In this document: piece after piece, positions 24,998 through 39,965 of the stretch
Position numbering within the stretch: the first letter of the stretch is position 1
Layout: every line of letters starts with the position of its first letter
NCBI GenBank assembly: GCA_000165425.1
Contig: CT868003.1
Coordinates: forward strand, 62,001-126,000
DNA: 64,000 bases
Reading direction: 5' to 3'
Source: Paramecium tetraurelia
Taxonomy: Eukaryota
Made by a program: the position numbers and the translations under genes
Notes under the pieces: model-generated
The model's database searches: none
What the model saw: the letters and a program-made list of their open reading frames with translations, nothing else
What the model was told of the DNA's origin: nothing

Positions 24998-26797
24998 TCA
25001 ATTTTTATTTGAGTCATATAATTACATTGATTAATGGTTTAGTTTCTTTTTCTATCTACTATCCCTTTTGTTATAAAAACACATTTGTAAACAATTATTG
25101 CAGGATACAGTGGACTTATCCTCAGCCTTCTTCATTGATTATGAATACCTATTGATTAGAAACTATTAATATTACTTTTCATAAGTGGTTTATCCTGACA
25201 ACAAATTCATTGTTTAAATGTATAAAAGAAGCCAAAGGGGAAAGAGAAATAAAAGCATAATAATAATGGAAAATATGGAGAGAACAAAAAGTATAATATA
25301 TGAGTCTGTTACGCTTCCATCAATCTAAATCTCTTTGATGACAAAGTAGAACTGAAATGTCAAAGTAACGGTGATATCCAAACAAAGGAGTAATACAAAT
25401 ATGTAAAACTAAAAATGATTGTTTTATCCTATCTTATATATAAATTAATAATTACACAATTATCAACCCAAGGGCAATGATGATCATATACTAATACACA
25501 AGATTAACAAATATCACAATGTTTAGATCTTTGATCTTTGACACATACACATTCAGGACATATATCTTTGGCATCTGATATTTTTAAAATTTCAAATAGA
25601 TTTTTCAGTTGTTCTTATTCTGATTTTTCTTAATTCACGATTTATTTGCCAGGATTACTGAGCCAAATTAAAATTAATAAAAGCCAGATTATCAGTTGTG
25701 GGACTCCATAGTAAATGATGTATAGATAAGATTCTTCAGCATAAATATTTGAATATATAATAATCGCTTGACAATAAATTAGCATAGCAACAAATTTGAT
25801 CATTTTACCTTTGCTTCTGTCTACTTTCTAGAATCCTTAGCTGATACTAAAGTAGGTAATAAAGAAGTTTTATGACTCCGTAAGCATTTTATAAATGGAT
25901 TAAAAGGAGTTGGATTTAGCAATATCGGCAGCAGTTTATCCTTCATTATTTTTAATGTTTCGATTAGCTCCATGCAGCAATAGTTTCTTAACTATTCTGC
26001 TATTGCCACTCATAGTAGCTAAATGAAGTGCTGTTAAACCTTCTAAATCTTTAATATCTAGAAATTGATCTGTAAAGGACAATAAATAATTGACTGCCAA
26101 TTCACACCCATAATAAGATGCCCAATGTAATGCAGTTCCTCCTTTAGAATCTTTTTAAGCGAAGTCGAAACCAATTTTCTTAAAGTAGACAACTGATTTT
26201 GGTTAATCTCCTTGTGCTGCCAAATGCAATCCATTCATTCCTTATGCGTTTAGAATATAGAGATTGGCTCCGCATTTTTCAAACTCATGAATCATGTCCA
26301 GATTTCCTCTATAGGCTGCAAAGTGAAATGCCACAAAACCATCTTCTGTTTATTAATTAACCCATTCCGTAAGAATTGACATACATTTATGTTTATGCTG
26401 CTTTTTGACATGATTAATCAACATCCTAGATGCAGATGATATTACATAAATACTTAACAGTGTCTAAGTTGTTGTTATAGGCTGCTAAATGAAGGAGAGT
26501 GTATTTCTTATGATCAATGATTGATTGGATGTTGATGTTCTCTACCTCATCCAATACGTTCTATATTTCCACTTAATCATTATTCTATATGATTTTGATG
26601 AGATGTGATTCTACTCCCTTTGATTCAATCAATCCATACGTGTGTGATTTGGCCTTATGTTTATCAACAATAATTTCAGGTTAAATCTTGGCTGGTGGAG
26701 GAGACAGCAGTTTTTTAATATCTGAATAAGATACAGCAATCAAACGAGGCTGATCTTCATCAAACTCTTCATTTAAGACTGAAATGTTTGGAAACAT
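24998..26797 (-). CDS. Ankyrin-repeat DHHC palmitoyltransferase (Akr1/ZDHHC17-like)
   Basis: Ankyrin repeats TLLHLAAYNN, FHFAAYRGN, LHLAAQGD, TALHWASYYG, TALHLATMSGN, then TM helices, CPECVCVKDQRSKHCDICQSCVLVYDHHCPWVDNCIGQNN and a TTYE motif. Confidence 0.95.
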
Positions 26798-26835
26798 AAA
26801 AAATATATATTTATTTTAATGTAATATATGTCGCT

Positions 26836-28718
<1,883 letters not shown>

Positions 28719-29566
28719 AAACTAATTAAATTAAAATATAATTTAACTCTTCAATAATAATTCTTGTTTTAATATACATAATTCATTTATATACTAATTA
28801 ATACAATTGTTAATTCTTTCATAAAATATAGTAAATTGATATATCAATTTATACAATATAGAATTAATTCAAAATTCATTGCTAACTTAAACACTAGTCT
28901 TTGATAACTTTAATAATTACATTTGAATTAAGAATAATTTCTATTTTGGTTCTTTTTTTCAATATTATTTCATTATATTTATCTATTTAAAATACTTCAA
29001 TCTAGTTTTTCATTGTTTGATAATATAAATTCTATCATCACTTTTCTGATCATAATACTTTAATCATTCATCAATTATTAAAAATTGTTGACAATAATAA
29101 TTGATGTTAAAAATATTGATGAATATGAGTTTATATTGTAAATTTAAATACTTTGTTCCGAAAGAAGGTGCAGCATTTGGAATAGCAAAATAATTGGAAT
29201 TATTTAGTTTCTATGTTCTTCAACACTCCTGTGATGAATTTAATTTTTATAATTTTTAGCATAACGAAAACGTATTAGGATAAATGGGTTGAGCATTTAA
29301 AATGGGATTAGTAATTGATTAGAAGGAAGATTATATCGCTGTATTAACTAGATTGGATTGATAGGATAATGTTTATATTCAATGATTAGAAGGGAAGAAT
29401 AATGAAAAATGTTCAAATGAAAAAATGAAAGATTATTAAGTGAATTTAGATTTATCTAAGATTTCTATATGAATTTATATATTATTAAGTTGTAATGCTG
29501 GTTTATTTTTTGGATTCAAGAGGATTCAGAGATTTAATTTTTTACTGTAAGTTTATGCAAAACACA

Positions 29567-30109
29567 TCATCCCAAAGCATGTGAAATATGATTGAATAAT
29601 AAATTTAAGGTTTGATGTTGAAGGAGCCACTAAAACTCAACCTGAGATTAGAAAGTGAAATTAGTTAATTGATAGCACTTGCGAAGTTCATTTAAAATTG
29701 ATTGCTTGATTTGATTTTGTTAATACCATATTGAATGATCTGACTAATGCTTAAGGATATGTACTGAATAACTTATGAGTTATCTCAGTTTGTAACAAAT
29801 ATTATATAAATAACAATTTTTATTTATAAAGAAATGTGATAGGGAACTTCATTGTTTAACTTTTTTTGATGGTTGTTTTTCTTCATCTGAATTATTTGCT
29901 TCTTCTTCGTGTTAAGTTAATTTGACTTTGGTTTTTTCAAATCGCTTTTTATATGGTTCTCTTTGATCATCTGGCAAGAATTTCCATTTCTGTAGGACTA
30001 AATCATCAATATCACTTTGGGATAATGTTTTATCTTTCTTTAGCTTTTTGGAATACCTCTCCTTGAAGATTTGGAAAGCATTTTAATAAGTTTTAGATTT
30101 TTCATTCAT
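29567..30109 (-). CDS. HMG-box protein (3' end uncertain)
   Basis: YQNAFQIFKERYSKKLKKDKTLSQSDIDDLVLQKWKFLPDDQREPYKKRFEK matches the HMG-box pattern. The first in-frame TGA I found is at 29567-29569. Confidence 0.65.
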
Positions 30110-30304
30110 TCTTAAAGTAATTTAATTCTGATTAAATGATAAATAATATAGTTATTTGATTTCAATATCGATTGGTTATTTAGTGTGTTTTCATTAATAA
30201 TAATCGCGATTGGAAGAGTGATTGATAAAATAATAGTTGTAAAAGCTGAGTATTTCAGAATTAGAAAATTTGCTTAAAATAATTTATTTTAAATCTTTAA
30301 ATTG

Positions 30305-31441
30305 ATGAGCACAGGACTTACTAAACCAAAAAAGCTGAAACTCACAGATTATGAAGTGTTTTAGACCTTGGGTACTGGTATCGTATTTGTGTAATGCTGA
30401 ACTTTAGGCTCTTTCGGTAGAGTGAAACTGGCAAGGAATAAACAAACAAATAAATATGTGGCTTTGAAAAGCTTAAAGAAGGCTGAGATCATTAGACTTA
30501 AGCAAGTTGATCACGTGATTAATGAAAACACCATATTGGGAAATTTGCAACATCCATTCATTGTAATAATTATCTTCATCACCCTAGGTGACCTTTGAAG
30601 GTTTCTGCTAGGACCCAAGATATCTCTATTTGGTCTTAGAATTTGTTTCTGGCGGAGAATTGTTTACCTATTTAAGAAGCATCGGAAGACTCGATACACA
30701 ACATGCTGCGTATTGCAATGATTCGAGTTTATTATAGGTTTTATGGTGCTCAAGTGGCCTCTATTTTTGAGTATCTCCATTCCAAGAACATCATCTATAG
30801 AGATCTCAAGCCAGAAAACTTATTGATTGCAGATGATGGATATCTCAAGTTAACAGATTTCGGTTTTGCAAAAGTGGTCGAGGGAAGAACCTATACTTTG
30901 TGTGGCACTCCCGAATATTTGGCTCCTGAGATCTTATTAAATAAAGGACATGGCAAAGCTGTTGACTGGTGGACTTTGGGAATTTTAATTTATGAGATGA
31001 ATGCAGGAATCGACCCTTTCTCTGATGAAGATCCCATGGCCATTTATCAAAAAATATTGAAGGGCAAAGTCAAATTCCCCAAGAGCTTCGACAAGTACGA
31101 ATTTCTTTTACTATCCAAGAAACGCTAAATCTTTGGTAAAGCACTTGCTTGTTGCCGATCTTTCGAAACGATATGGAAATTTAAAAAATGGTAATATTTA
31201 TTCATTCTATCAATAACAGGAGCTGCTGACATCAAAAATCACAGATGGTTCGGAAACTTAGATTGGAATTTACTCACTCAAAAGAAGTTGCCTGTTCCTT
31301 ACAAGCCAGTAGTCAAGTATCACTTCAATATCATACTCTAATAGAGCACCAAATGACACTTCTAATTTTTCATCATATCCAGAATCCGACACACAAAGTC
31401 CAGCTCTTAAACCAGCCGACGATCCCTTCTTAGAATGGTGA
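30305..31441 (+). CDS. cAMP-dependent protein kinase catalytic subunit
   Basis: [70 protein letters not shown]-terminal DPFLEW. Six tiny introns. Confidence 0.95.
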
Positions 31442-32226
31442 TTAAATAGAGAAATATATATTATATAGATTATCATATATTTTAACTTCCTTTTAAAATG
31501 CATTTCTATCACCCCTACCTAATTCAGACAAGTAGTTACCTAATGATTAATCATTAACTATCAAAATATACAATATTACGCAATTCATTTTAATAATTGT
31601 ATTACTGGATTTATCATCTACATCTATTATTTGTATCTTAATATATAGATGTATATAATGTGAACAATCAGGACGTAATAAAAATGTGAAATCAAAGGCC
31701 AAATTGCAAGACAACACGATTATTTTTGCAATACCTACTCTTGATACTATATTTATATCAATAATGGTCAGAATTGATTAATTATTTAAATAAAATTTTA
31801 TTTATTTATAAAGTGATGAATAGTCTTAAATAGTCATGTTTGATTAAAAAAAAATTAATTAAAGTCATAATAACTTTTATTTTTTTATATAAATTGGTAT
31901 TCAATTTTATATATTCAGGGTGGTCTAGGCACTCTAAAATATTATAATCTGACTCAGGAGAGTCAATTTGTCATTTGAAACCAAAAATTTGATCTTTGAA
32001 AATTTAGTCTAAATTGGATCTAAGAGGATGAATAACGTAATTGGAGGGGAAATACATAGGATACTAAAAGAATGGATTAATGAGATTATTAATTGAATTA
32101 TTTAAAAAAATATTTAAAAATATTTAAATTTAACTATTTTTATTTAAGAATAGTCATTAAACTTTGAATACGACTTTATAAGAAAATTTTACCACAAAAT
32201 AAAAAGCAAAGAATAATTTCTTATAA

Positions 32227-33540
32227 ATGCCAAAGGATAAACTTCACGTAAATCTCGTCGTTATTGGACACGTCGATTCAGGAAAATCAACCACCACCGG
32301 TCACTTGATCTACAAGCTCGGAGGTATCGACGAAAGAACCATCAAGAAGTTCGAAGATGAAGCCAACAAATTAGGTAAGGGATCCTTCAAATATGCTTGG
32401 GTGTTGGATAACCTCAAGGCTGAAAGAGAAAGAGGTATCACCATCGATATTTCCCTCTGGAAATTCGAAACCAACAAGTATTACTACACCGTCATTGATG
32501 CCCCAGGACACAGAGATTTCATCAAGAATATGATTACAGGAACCTCATAAGCCGATGTCGCTTTGTTGATGATTGCATCACCTGCAGGAGAATTCGAAGC
32601 TGGTATTTCAAAGGAAGGATAAACCAGAGAGCACGTTCTTTTGGCTTACACTTTGGGAGTCAAATAAATGATCTGTGCCACCAACAAGATGGACGAGAAG
32701 ACCGTCAACTATGCTCAAGGCAGATATGACGAAATCGTCAAGGAAATGAGAGACTACTTGAAGAAGGTCGGATATAACCCAGACAACGTTCCCTTCATCC
32801 CAATCTCCGGATGGGTTGGAGACAACATGTTGGAAAAATCAGCCAACTTCGGATGGTACAAGGGACCAACACTCCTTGAAGCTTTGGATGCAGTCACCCC
32901 ACCAAAGAGACCAACTGAAAAACCACTCAGATTACCATTACAAGACGTCTACAAGATCGGAGGTATTGGTACAGTCCCAGTCGGAAGAGTTGAAACTGGT
33001 GTCTTGAAACCAGGTATGGTCGTCTAATTCGCCCCATCAGCCATCACAACTGAAGTCAAGTCAGTTGAAATGCATCATGAAGCCCTCCCAGAAGCCGTCC
33101 CAGGAGATAACGTAGGATTCAACGTCAAGAACATTGCCGTCAAAGATTTGAAGAGAGGATTCGTCTGCTCAGACTCAAAGAGTGACCCAGCAAGAGAATG
33201 CCAATCATTCAACGCTTAAGTCATCATCATCAACCATCCAGGATAAATCCAAAACGGATATTGCCCAGTATTGGATTGCCACACAGCCCACATTGCTTGC
33301 AAATTCTAAGAAATTCTTTCAAAGAATGACAGAAGAACAGGCAAAGTCATTGAAGAAGAACCAAAATTCGTCAAATCAGGAGATGCTGCTATGGTCAAAT
33401 TAATCCCAACCAAACCAATGTGCGTTGAAATCTTCTCTGAATATCCCCCACTCGGTAGATTCGCCGTCAGAGATATGAAATAAACCGTTGCCGTCGGTGT
33501 CATCAAGGTTGTTGAAAAGAAGGAATTAAAGAAGAAATGA
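32227..33540 (+). CDS. EEF1A: Translation elongation factor 1-alpha (437 aa, intronless)
   Basis: [37 protein letters not shown](TAA=Q)[43 protein letters not shown]. Confidence 0.99.
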
Positions 33541-34799
33541 TTTAATAAGTTCATGTACATTTAGTAGGAAATTTAAACATATAAAAATTATATTTTTTTG
33601 GTTTATTTTTTATCATCCTTCTATCATATTATAATTGAAGAATGTTTAAAAATAAATTGGGTTTAAGTTTTATATTAAACATATGTTTGTCTTTAAATTA
33701 TTTTATATTTTTATGGATTTATGGTAATTTAAGATATCATGTTTACTAATCGCAATGTTATGAAAAGTATTTAAAATATCTATCCTTTTGTGATCCTCTA
33801 TTGATTGCAATATACTTCCTTAGATATTGTGCTAATTCAGTTATTAGATTATTTAATATTATCATTCTCTCATATTAAAATAATTTGTAAAGGGAAATTA
33901 ATCAAGTAAATAAGCATTTTCTTAGTTATTTTCTATACAATATGGCTGTTCCTACAATTTATAATTTAGAAATATATTTTATTTTTATTCATTCTTATTA
34001 ATGTGAAAAGTAGCTTAGTTAGTGTTTTAACAAGAATCCTAATCAAAGATGAGATATATATATAGTTTCAATATTAATAGGTATTACAAAATTTTATCAA
34101 GAGACTACAGTGTTGTAATTGATTAAAATCAAATAGCCAAGAGGTTTCTTATATCAAGGACCAAAGAGAATGCAATTAGTCTTGTGAGGCTTATTTCTAG
34201 GAATTTTCCAATAAATTCACAACGGAGTTTTTGGGATAGATTTACTATATCACATAGTTTCCAATTTTAATTAATATTAAATGAAGATTAAATTGGGTAT
34301 AGTTCAATTTGAATAGTTGATGACAAGGTATCTGATTTCTAGATCTAGCGTTTATTCGATGTAGAATAAGAAACTTAAGGTTGTTGCTCTATGCGGAATC
34401 AACATAATCTGAAAGAGTTTCAACTTATGTTTGGTCGAAGTTTTTAAAAAAAGTTTTTGTTTTTCAATCTGAATGGAATAAATTTGGGAGGGGAAGTTAC
34501 TTGGAATGAAAAGTTGTAAAATGAATGAAAAATTACTTTTAGCAGGTAGATGTTCAAAATTAATTGGCAATAAGGAATAAAATACTTCTGGCTTTAATAA
34601 TAAGAGTTTATGAAATATAAAATTATAATAATTTAAATTTTCAGAAAATATCCTATTCTTAAAAATATATTAAGATAGTAGATTACATGTTCAATAATAT
34701 GACAAATTAATCCTTGTGATTTAATTTTTTATGTATTTATAGCCTTCTCAACTCATAAACAATATTAATTAATAATCTAATAATCCAAACAAATTAATA

Positions 34800-35048
34800 A
34801 TGGGAACTTGTGCCAGTAGAAAAAATCCAGGAATGCTACAAAGAAGTGTTGCTTAAAAACATATTGAGATTGATTTCGAAAAGCTGTTGAAATATAACAA
34901 AGAGAAGGAAGCCAAGGAAGGAAAAGAACATCTTCAGCAACAACAATCGTTTTGCCAAATATTCCTTCAAGAGAACAAGCAATCTGCCCCATATACTTTA
35001 ACCCAAAATTTGGGACCCTCCACTTAGTTAGAATACAAAAGATAGTGA
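34800..35048 (+). CDS. Small (82 aa) putatively N-acylated protein
   Basis: ATG after an AT-rich spacer. MGTCASRK fits the MGxxxS myristoylation pattern with an adjacent Cys; open to the TGA at 35046-35048. Confidence 0.55.
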
Positions 35049-35282
35049 GAAGTACACCAATGTCATTGATCCTTATATACATATTACTCTGAAATAACAT
35101 ATTTTATAAGTCTTTTTTGTTCTAAATTCTTTAGTTGAAAATTGACAGCATTTTGTAGGGAATTGAAAGAATTTCGCTTAAGAAGTATTATTTGTTAAAG
35201 AAATTAAATGGCACTTATAAAACTATACTCCTTATCCTCTCCAGGTTAGTTAGTTTAAGAGTTTATATATTTTTGAAATATT

Positions 35283-36560
35283 ATGTCATCAAAGTACAAT
35301 AAATCATAAGGGTTGAAAATCCTTTATGAAAATAAATTAAAAGTGCTTAATAAGGACTGCTTGCCTCATCAGAACCCAAATATTTGGGTTATACCAATAT
35401 ATTTGACGTCGAAATTTGTTTAAGTTACTGGGTAATTTTGCTATTCATAATAAATAGTATAAACATTAGAATTATTTAAATTTGAGAGAGTTGAAGCATT
35501 CTTAAAGAAAGCTCTTATAACTATAACGAATTTAGGAGAAAGAATATAAAAAGAAATGATTTTACTAACTGTCTGACCCATCGGTTCAATATTAGAGTAT
35601 ATTGTTAAATTTTATTGGATGATCAATAATAATTATTAAATAACTTGAATATCTAATTAAATAATATGAAAAGTTGAGTTAAAATACATTTACAAACCTT
35701 TTTAAATTAATATTAATTTTCGTGCCTTTAACTTAAAATAAATTTGGAAATACATAATTAATATAATGGAATTTAATAATACTAGTTTGAATGCCAAAAT
35801 TCCTACTTTAAGATGTAAATATGAATCATTTTATTCATATTAGAGGCTGAAAGCTCTTTTTAACGATACAGAAATCCATTGAATGAATTTTAACACAAGA
35901 GTGAATCAAATTCTTTTGAGCATAAATAAGGTGATATGCAATTTCCGATTCAACAATACACATTCTTTCAGTCAACTCCCATTTTTCCAATATTAGGTAT
36001 TGAATATTGAAATTATGAAGGCGAACCAAAAAATGAGTTTATAGAAACAGCAAATCAATTTATTAAGAATGGCATGTAAAATAGCTTGGCAAGCATGATT
36101 TAAAAGTAGAGTATCGTTTAAAATGAATTCAAATTAAATTAAACTACATATGGATGCAAAAAAATGTGTGAAATCGATTGCATGTTGGTAGAAAGATATT
36201 TTAATCAAAAATATTGGGTAATTGTTAATGTTATACACAGATATTCTAAAATTCAAATTAGAAGTACAAGCTAGATTAAACAAAAACCAATAATACAGAT
36301 TGGCTCAAAGCCAGAATGCAGCATAGATATAAATCTTAAATCTATGATGCATTCTCTGAAATGATAGATTTAATACTGAAGGAAGGAGAAATCCAAATGA
36401 ATTCTAGAACTCAGTTAATTAAAATACAGAATCTCAAAGGATTCTAGAATCTAGAGAGACAAATCTAGAAAGCAGTTAAGGCAGAGAGAAAGTTTGATGC
36501 TTTTCTATTCGAAATTTAAAAGGTCTTAGCAGATTTTATATTTTCAACTATAAATTGATT
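35283..36560 (+). pseudogene. Decayed gene remnant
   Basis: Coding-like segments (MSSKYNKS..., ...NPNEFQNSVNQNTESQRILES...) interrupted by several in-frame TGA and frame changes. Confidence 0.4.
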
Positions 36561-36587
36561 CATATAACATATATATATTTAACTTAA

Positions 36588-37881
36588 TCATTATAGATAA
36601 TAAAAATCCACAATATAGTCAGGTCCTAGCTAAGCATTTTTAAGTAAATCTAATCGTTTATCTTCATCTGTAAAATTGCCTATAAGTGTGATAATTTGAT
36701 ACTAACCTGGTAAGAAGGAACAACACTTCTCTGCTTCTGGTATAAATCCCATCAGTTGATAGATGTAGGCAATGAGTTCTGAACAAAAAAAGTTTTTTCT
36801 TGTGCTCTTCTTAAAGAATTTCATCATACTCAAAGAGTAACCTTTCCCAATTTGGGCTTCCGCATAGGCATGCATCAGGATACGGTCATTCTCAGACACG
36901 TTCAGCAAAGGCTTGTAAAGAATCCTTTAATTTGAAAGAAATATTACTTTTCATAATTTCTGTAAGATTTGGCTTTGACAAAGCGTTCTATAGGATATCA
37001 CTAAAAAGAATACTATAACTAAAGGAGATGACTCCATATTGATTGCTAGACTCAAAGAGCATTGGATCTTCCCAAGAGTTCTTAAGAAACATGACCATGT
37101 GATCATAATCACTTCTAGTGATAGATCTTTACAAATTTTAAAGTGTTCCTTTCGTTCGAAATATCAATAAATCTCCTGTTTAAGCTTAATCTAAAATTTG
37201 AGGGTCCAAAATTCTTTCATGTCTCCAAAATCTATGATATTTAGACATGCTTGCAATATTATTTTAACACCCACATGATTACTAGATGTATTATTGAATT
37301 AATTGAACCCACTTTTTTGACTAGTCTCTGGTTCTAGTGGGAACTACAAATTCGAATTTCTTCTCACAACCTTCTGGCTGTAATCTTTTATATTTAAATA
37401 TATACATGAAACTCAGAATGTATTGGTCATCCTTTGATTTCACAAAAGAAAAGATGTATTTTTAATAATCAAAGTCCAAAATTCCTAAAGGTTTATCTTT
37501 ATTTTTGATGTTGTAATAGGTAAATCTTTTTGGTTGTAAAGTGCAATAATATGTCTTTAAAATAGTTAATAAGCTTTACAGAATTCGTTTCCAAAAAATG
37601 AGGACTAACTTTGTAAAATTCACCCTCTAAAACTGGTTATGGTCGTTACTCATTTTATTTATGTATTTAGTGAGCAATTAAATTTAAATGGCGTTCTTAT
37701 CGGTACATATCCGAAACTTGATTGTTTTATTCTGGTATTTCCTCTTAAAATTAATCATCATTTAGATTTTGAACTTAAAAAACTTAAAGTAATAAATACT
37801 GTCAAGAACAGATTAAAATTCTAGATTGTCCATGATGTTATTAGGCTAATCATCTTCTTGATTGCTTTAATTTTGCTGCAT
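36588..37881 (-). CDS. PH-like domain fused to a permuted papain-like NlpC/P60 (YiiX/YaeF-type) thiol hydrolase
   Basis: YCTLQPKRFTYY..KPLGILDF..KFEF..KKWVQLIQ (PH-like), then QTGDLLIF..SDYDHMVMF..LFES..IGKGYS..FFCSELIAYIY (catalytic His before Cys). Several tiny introns. Confidence 0.8.
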
Positions 37882-38588
37882 ATTTTAGAATAATAATTAT
37901 TAAATGTTATAATATGAATAAGGCAGTGAGAATTGTAGTAATCTAATTATATTAATAAAAATTGATAATCTCTAACAATATAACAAACAAGAAATCGAAT
38001 TTTAAATAATCAATATTAACTCCTTCAAAATCTTTAGCAGAATTAAACAAATTTGTATGTAAATTATCTTATTTATAATCAATTCTATCAGATCTAAGGT
38101 ACATGGCTTCTTAAACAAATGAATATATTATCAAATCACCTTGTTTAGAAAGTTTTTCAAATTGCGGTATGCTTTTGAAGGAAATAAGGGTTGCAAAATT
38201 GTTATCATATCTCCAAAAAGAAGCTTATTAAAGTATCAATTTCATATAATATTTAGATTTTGTAGAAAACTAATCTTGATAATACAGGATTGAGTTTTAA
38301 AATTTATATGCACATTATTCATAATCAAAGGAGATAAAATGTTAAAAGCTGTATGAATAAACAAACAACTTAATTGTAATCTCAAAATTGATGGAACATT
38401 GTATAAACTGATGAAATTAACACACTAAATAATACAAATGTAATATTATCAATCGAAGAAGTTGTAGGAATTTAGAAATAGATAGAATAATGGAGAATGT
38501 AAGATATTGTATAGATTGAAATAGTTGATTAGCAGAACAATTAACAATATCGGATAATACTAAATAAACTTTGCATTTATAATTTATT

Positions 38589-39589
38589 TCATTTTTTCAA
38601 ATAGACTAGGATGGTAGTCATATTGTCACAACCTGTTCCTTAACTTGTATCTGGGGCTAATAATTAATCTAACAAATCTTCAGCAGCCTTTCTCAATAAT
38701 TCTTCAGTAACTTAAGCTTAACCCAAAGTGGAATTGACTTATTTTAATAAATCCATATGATTCAAAGTTTCGAAGACACCATCGCAACCCAATAAAAGAA
38801 ATCTAAGTTTAAGAGTATTGATACTTGTCTTATGGTCCTAATTCGACTTTCTTGACGTCTGGAATAGCAATAATCAATTATTCATTAACTCTTAACTTGC
38901 TATCACGTTTATATTCTAAATCACCCAAGGCTCTTGATAAATTGAGGTTACCTAAGATTCATATTATAATAAATAATTACCATTAACACGACCATCACTA
39001 ACGAAACCACCTGCTCTCTCAATTCTGGATTTCTCTTCAGGATTATCTGGTTTATGATCAACACTCATGTCATAATTAGCATTATTTCTGCATAAAACTG
39101 TTCTTGAATCACCAGCATTGGCAACATACAGAGTATTCTTATAAATCAAGGCTACATTGGCTGTGCATCCAGCATAGGATTCTAACATCTAATCAAAAAT
39201 TACCATCGGTATCAGTTGCTTTGTATTAATTTAATTCTTTCTATCCTTCTGGAGTTACTAACAATTCGTCCATCTTTAAAAAGGTTTCTTTGAGAGCCTC
39301 TTCAAATTTTTGTTCCTTAAAATTTTTATTTTTAAGTAATTCATCAATGAAGTGCTTTTCCACAAATTAGGCAACTTCTCTACCTCCATGGCCATCAAAC
39401 ACACCAAAAATAGAGACATCTTGTATAACATCAGGTTTATGAATATGAGCATCCTCCATAGTGTTCCTCCAGCCTAAATTGAGTCATCAATTACATACCT
39501 TGCATTTCTGAGGCAGCAAATATAACAGACTTTCCTTATCCTGTTGTTGTTGTTTTATCTTTTTTTGGTTAGCTTAGATATGGCCCCAT
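38589..39589 (-). CDS. Protein phosphatase 2C (PPM family)
   Basis: MGPYLSQPKKDK, MQGWRNTMEDAH, FGVFDGHGG, AGCTA, VANAGDSR, DHKP, LSRALGD, GCDG, GCDNMT. From memory it closely resembles the Paramecium PP2C enzymes. Four introns. Confidence 0.97.
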
Positions 39590-39965
39590 TTAATTTTATT
39601 TTATTTTATATCATTTATATCCACTTATTTCTATAAATACGAAAATTTCAGTATCATCCTAACCTTAAGATTATTTTCTAATTATTGTATTAATTTCCAT
39701 ATTTTAACTCCAAACCACCAAATCCTTTTTCACTTATCAGAGTGCAGATAGAATATCCAAAATTGTTGACTTCCTATCTGACATCATAAATTGACAGAGA
39801 CTTCATAGTACATTTTAGAAAATTTTAAGAAAATAATTATTTAATCAATTACAAATAAACTCCTCCTTTAATTTGATTGCAAGGAGTAGTCTCTCAAACA
39901 CCTATATTTTACAAAAATAGATTTATAAAAATAATGATGTAATGATATATTTTATAATGGATAGT

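Noticed and set aside
28800..29560. Minus-strand coding-like fragments downstream of the HMG-box gene
   Set aside because: Multiple TGA stops in all frames; at most a remnant.
31813..31952. GTGATGA ... CTGA as a possible C/D box snoRNA
   Set aside because: Boxes are about 140 nt apart around near-pure AT sequence with no terminal stem or guide evident.
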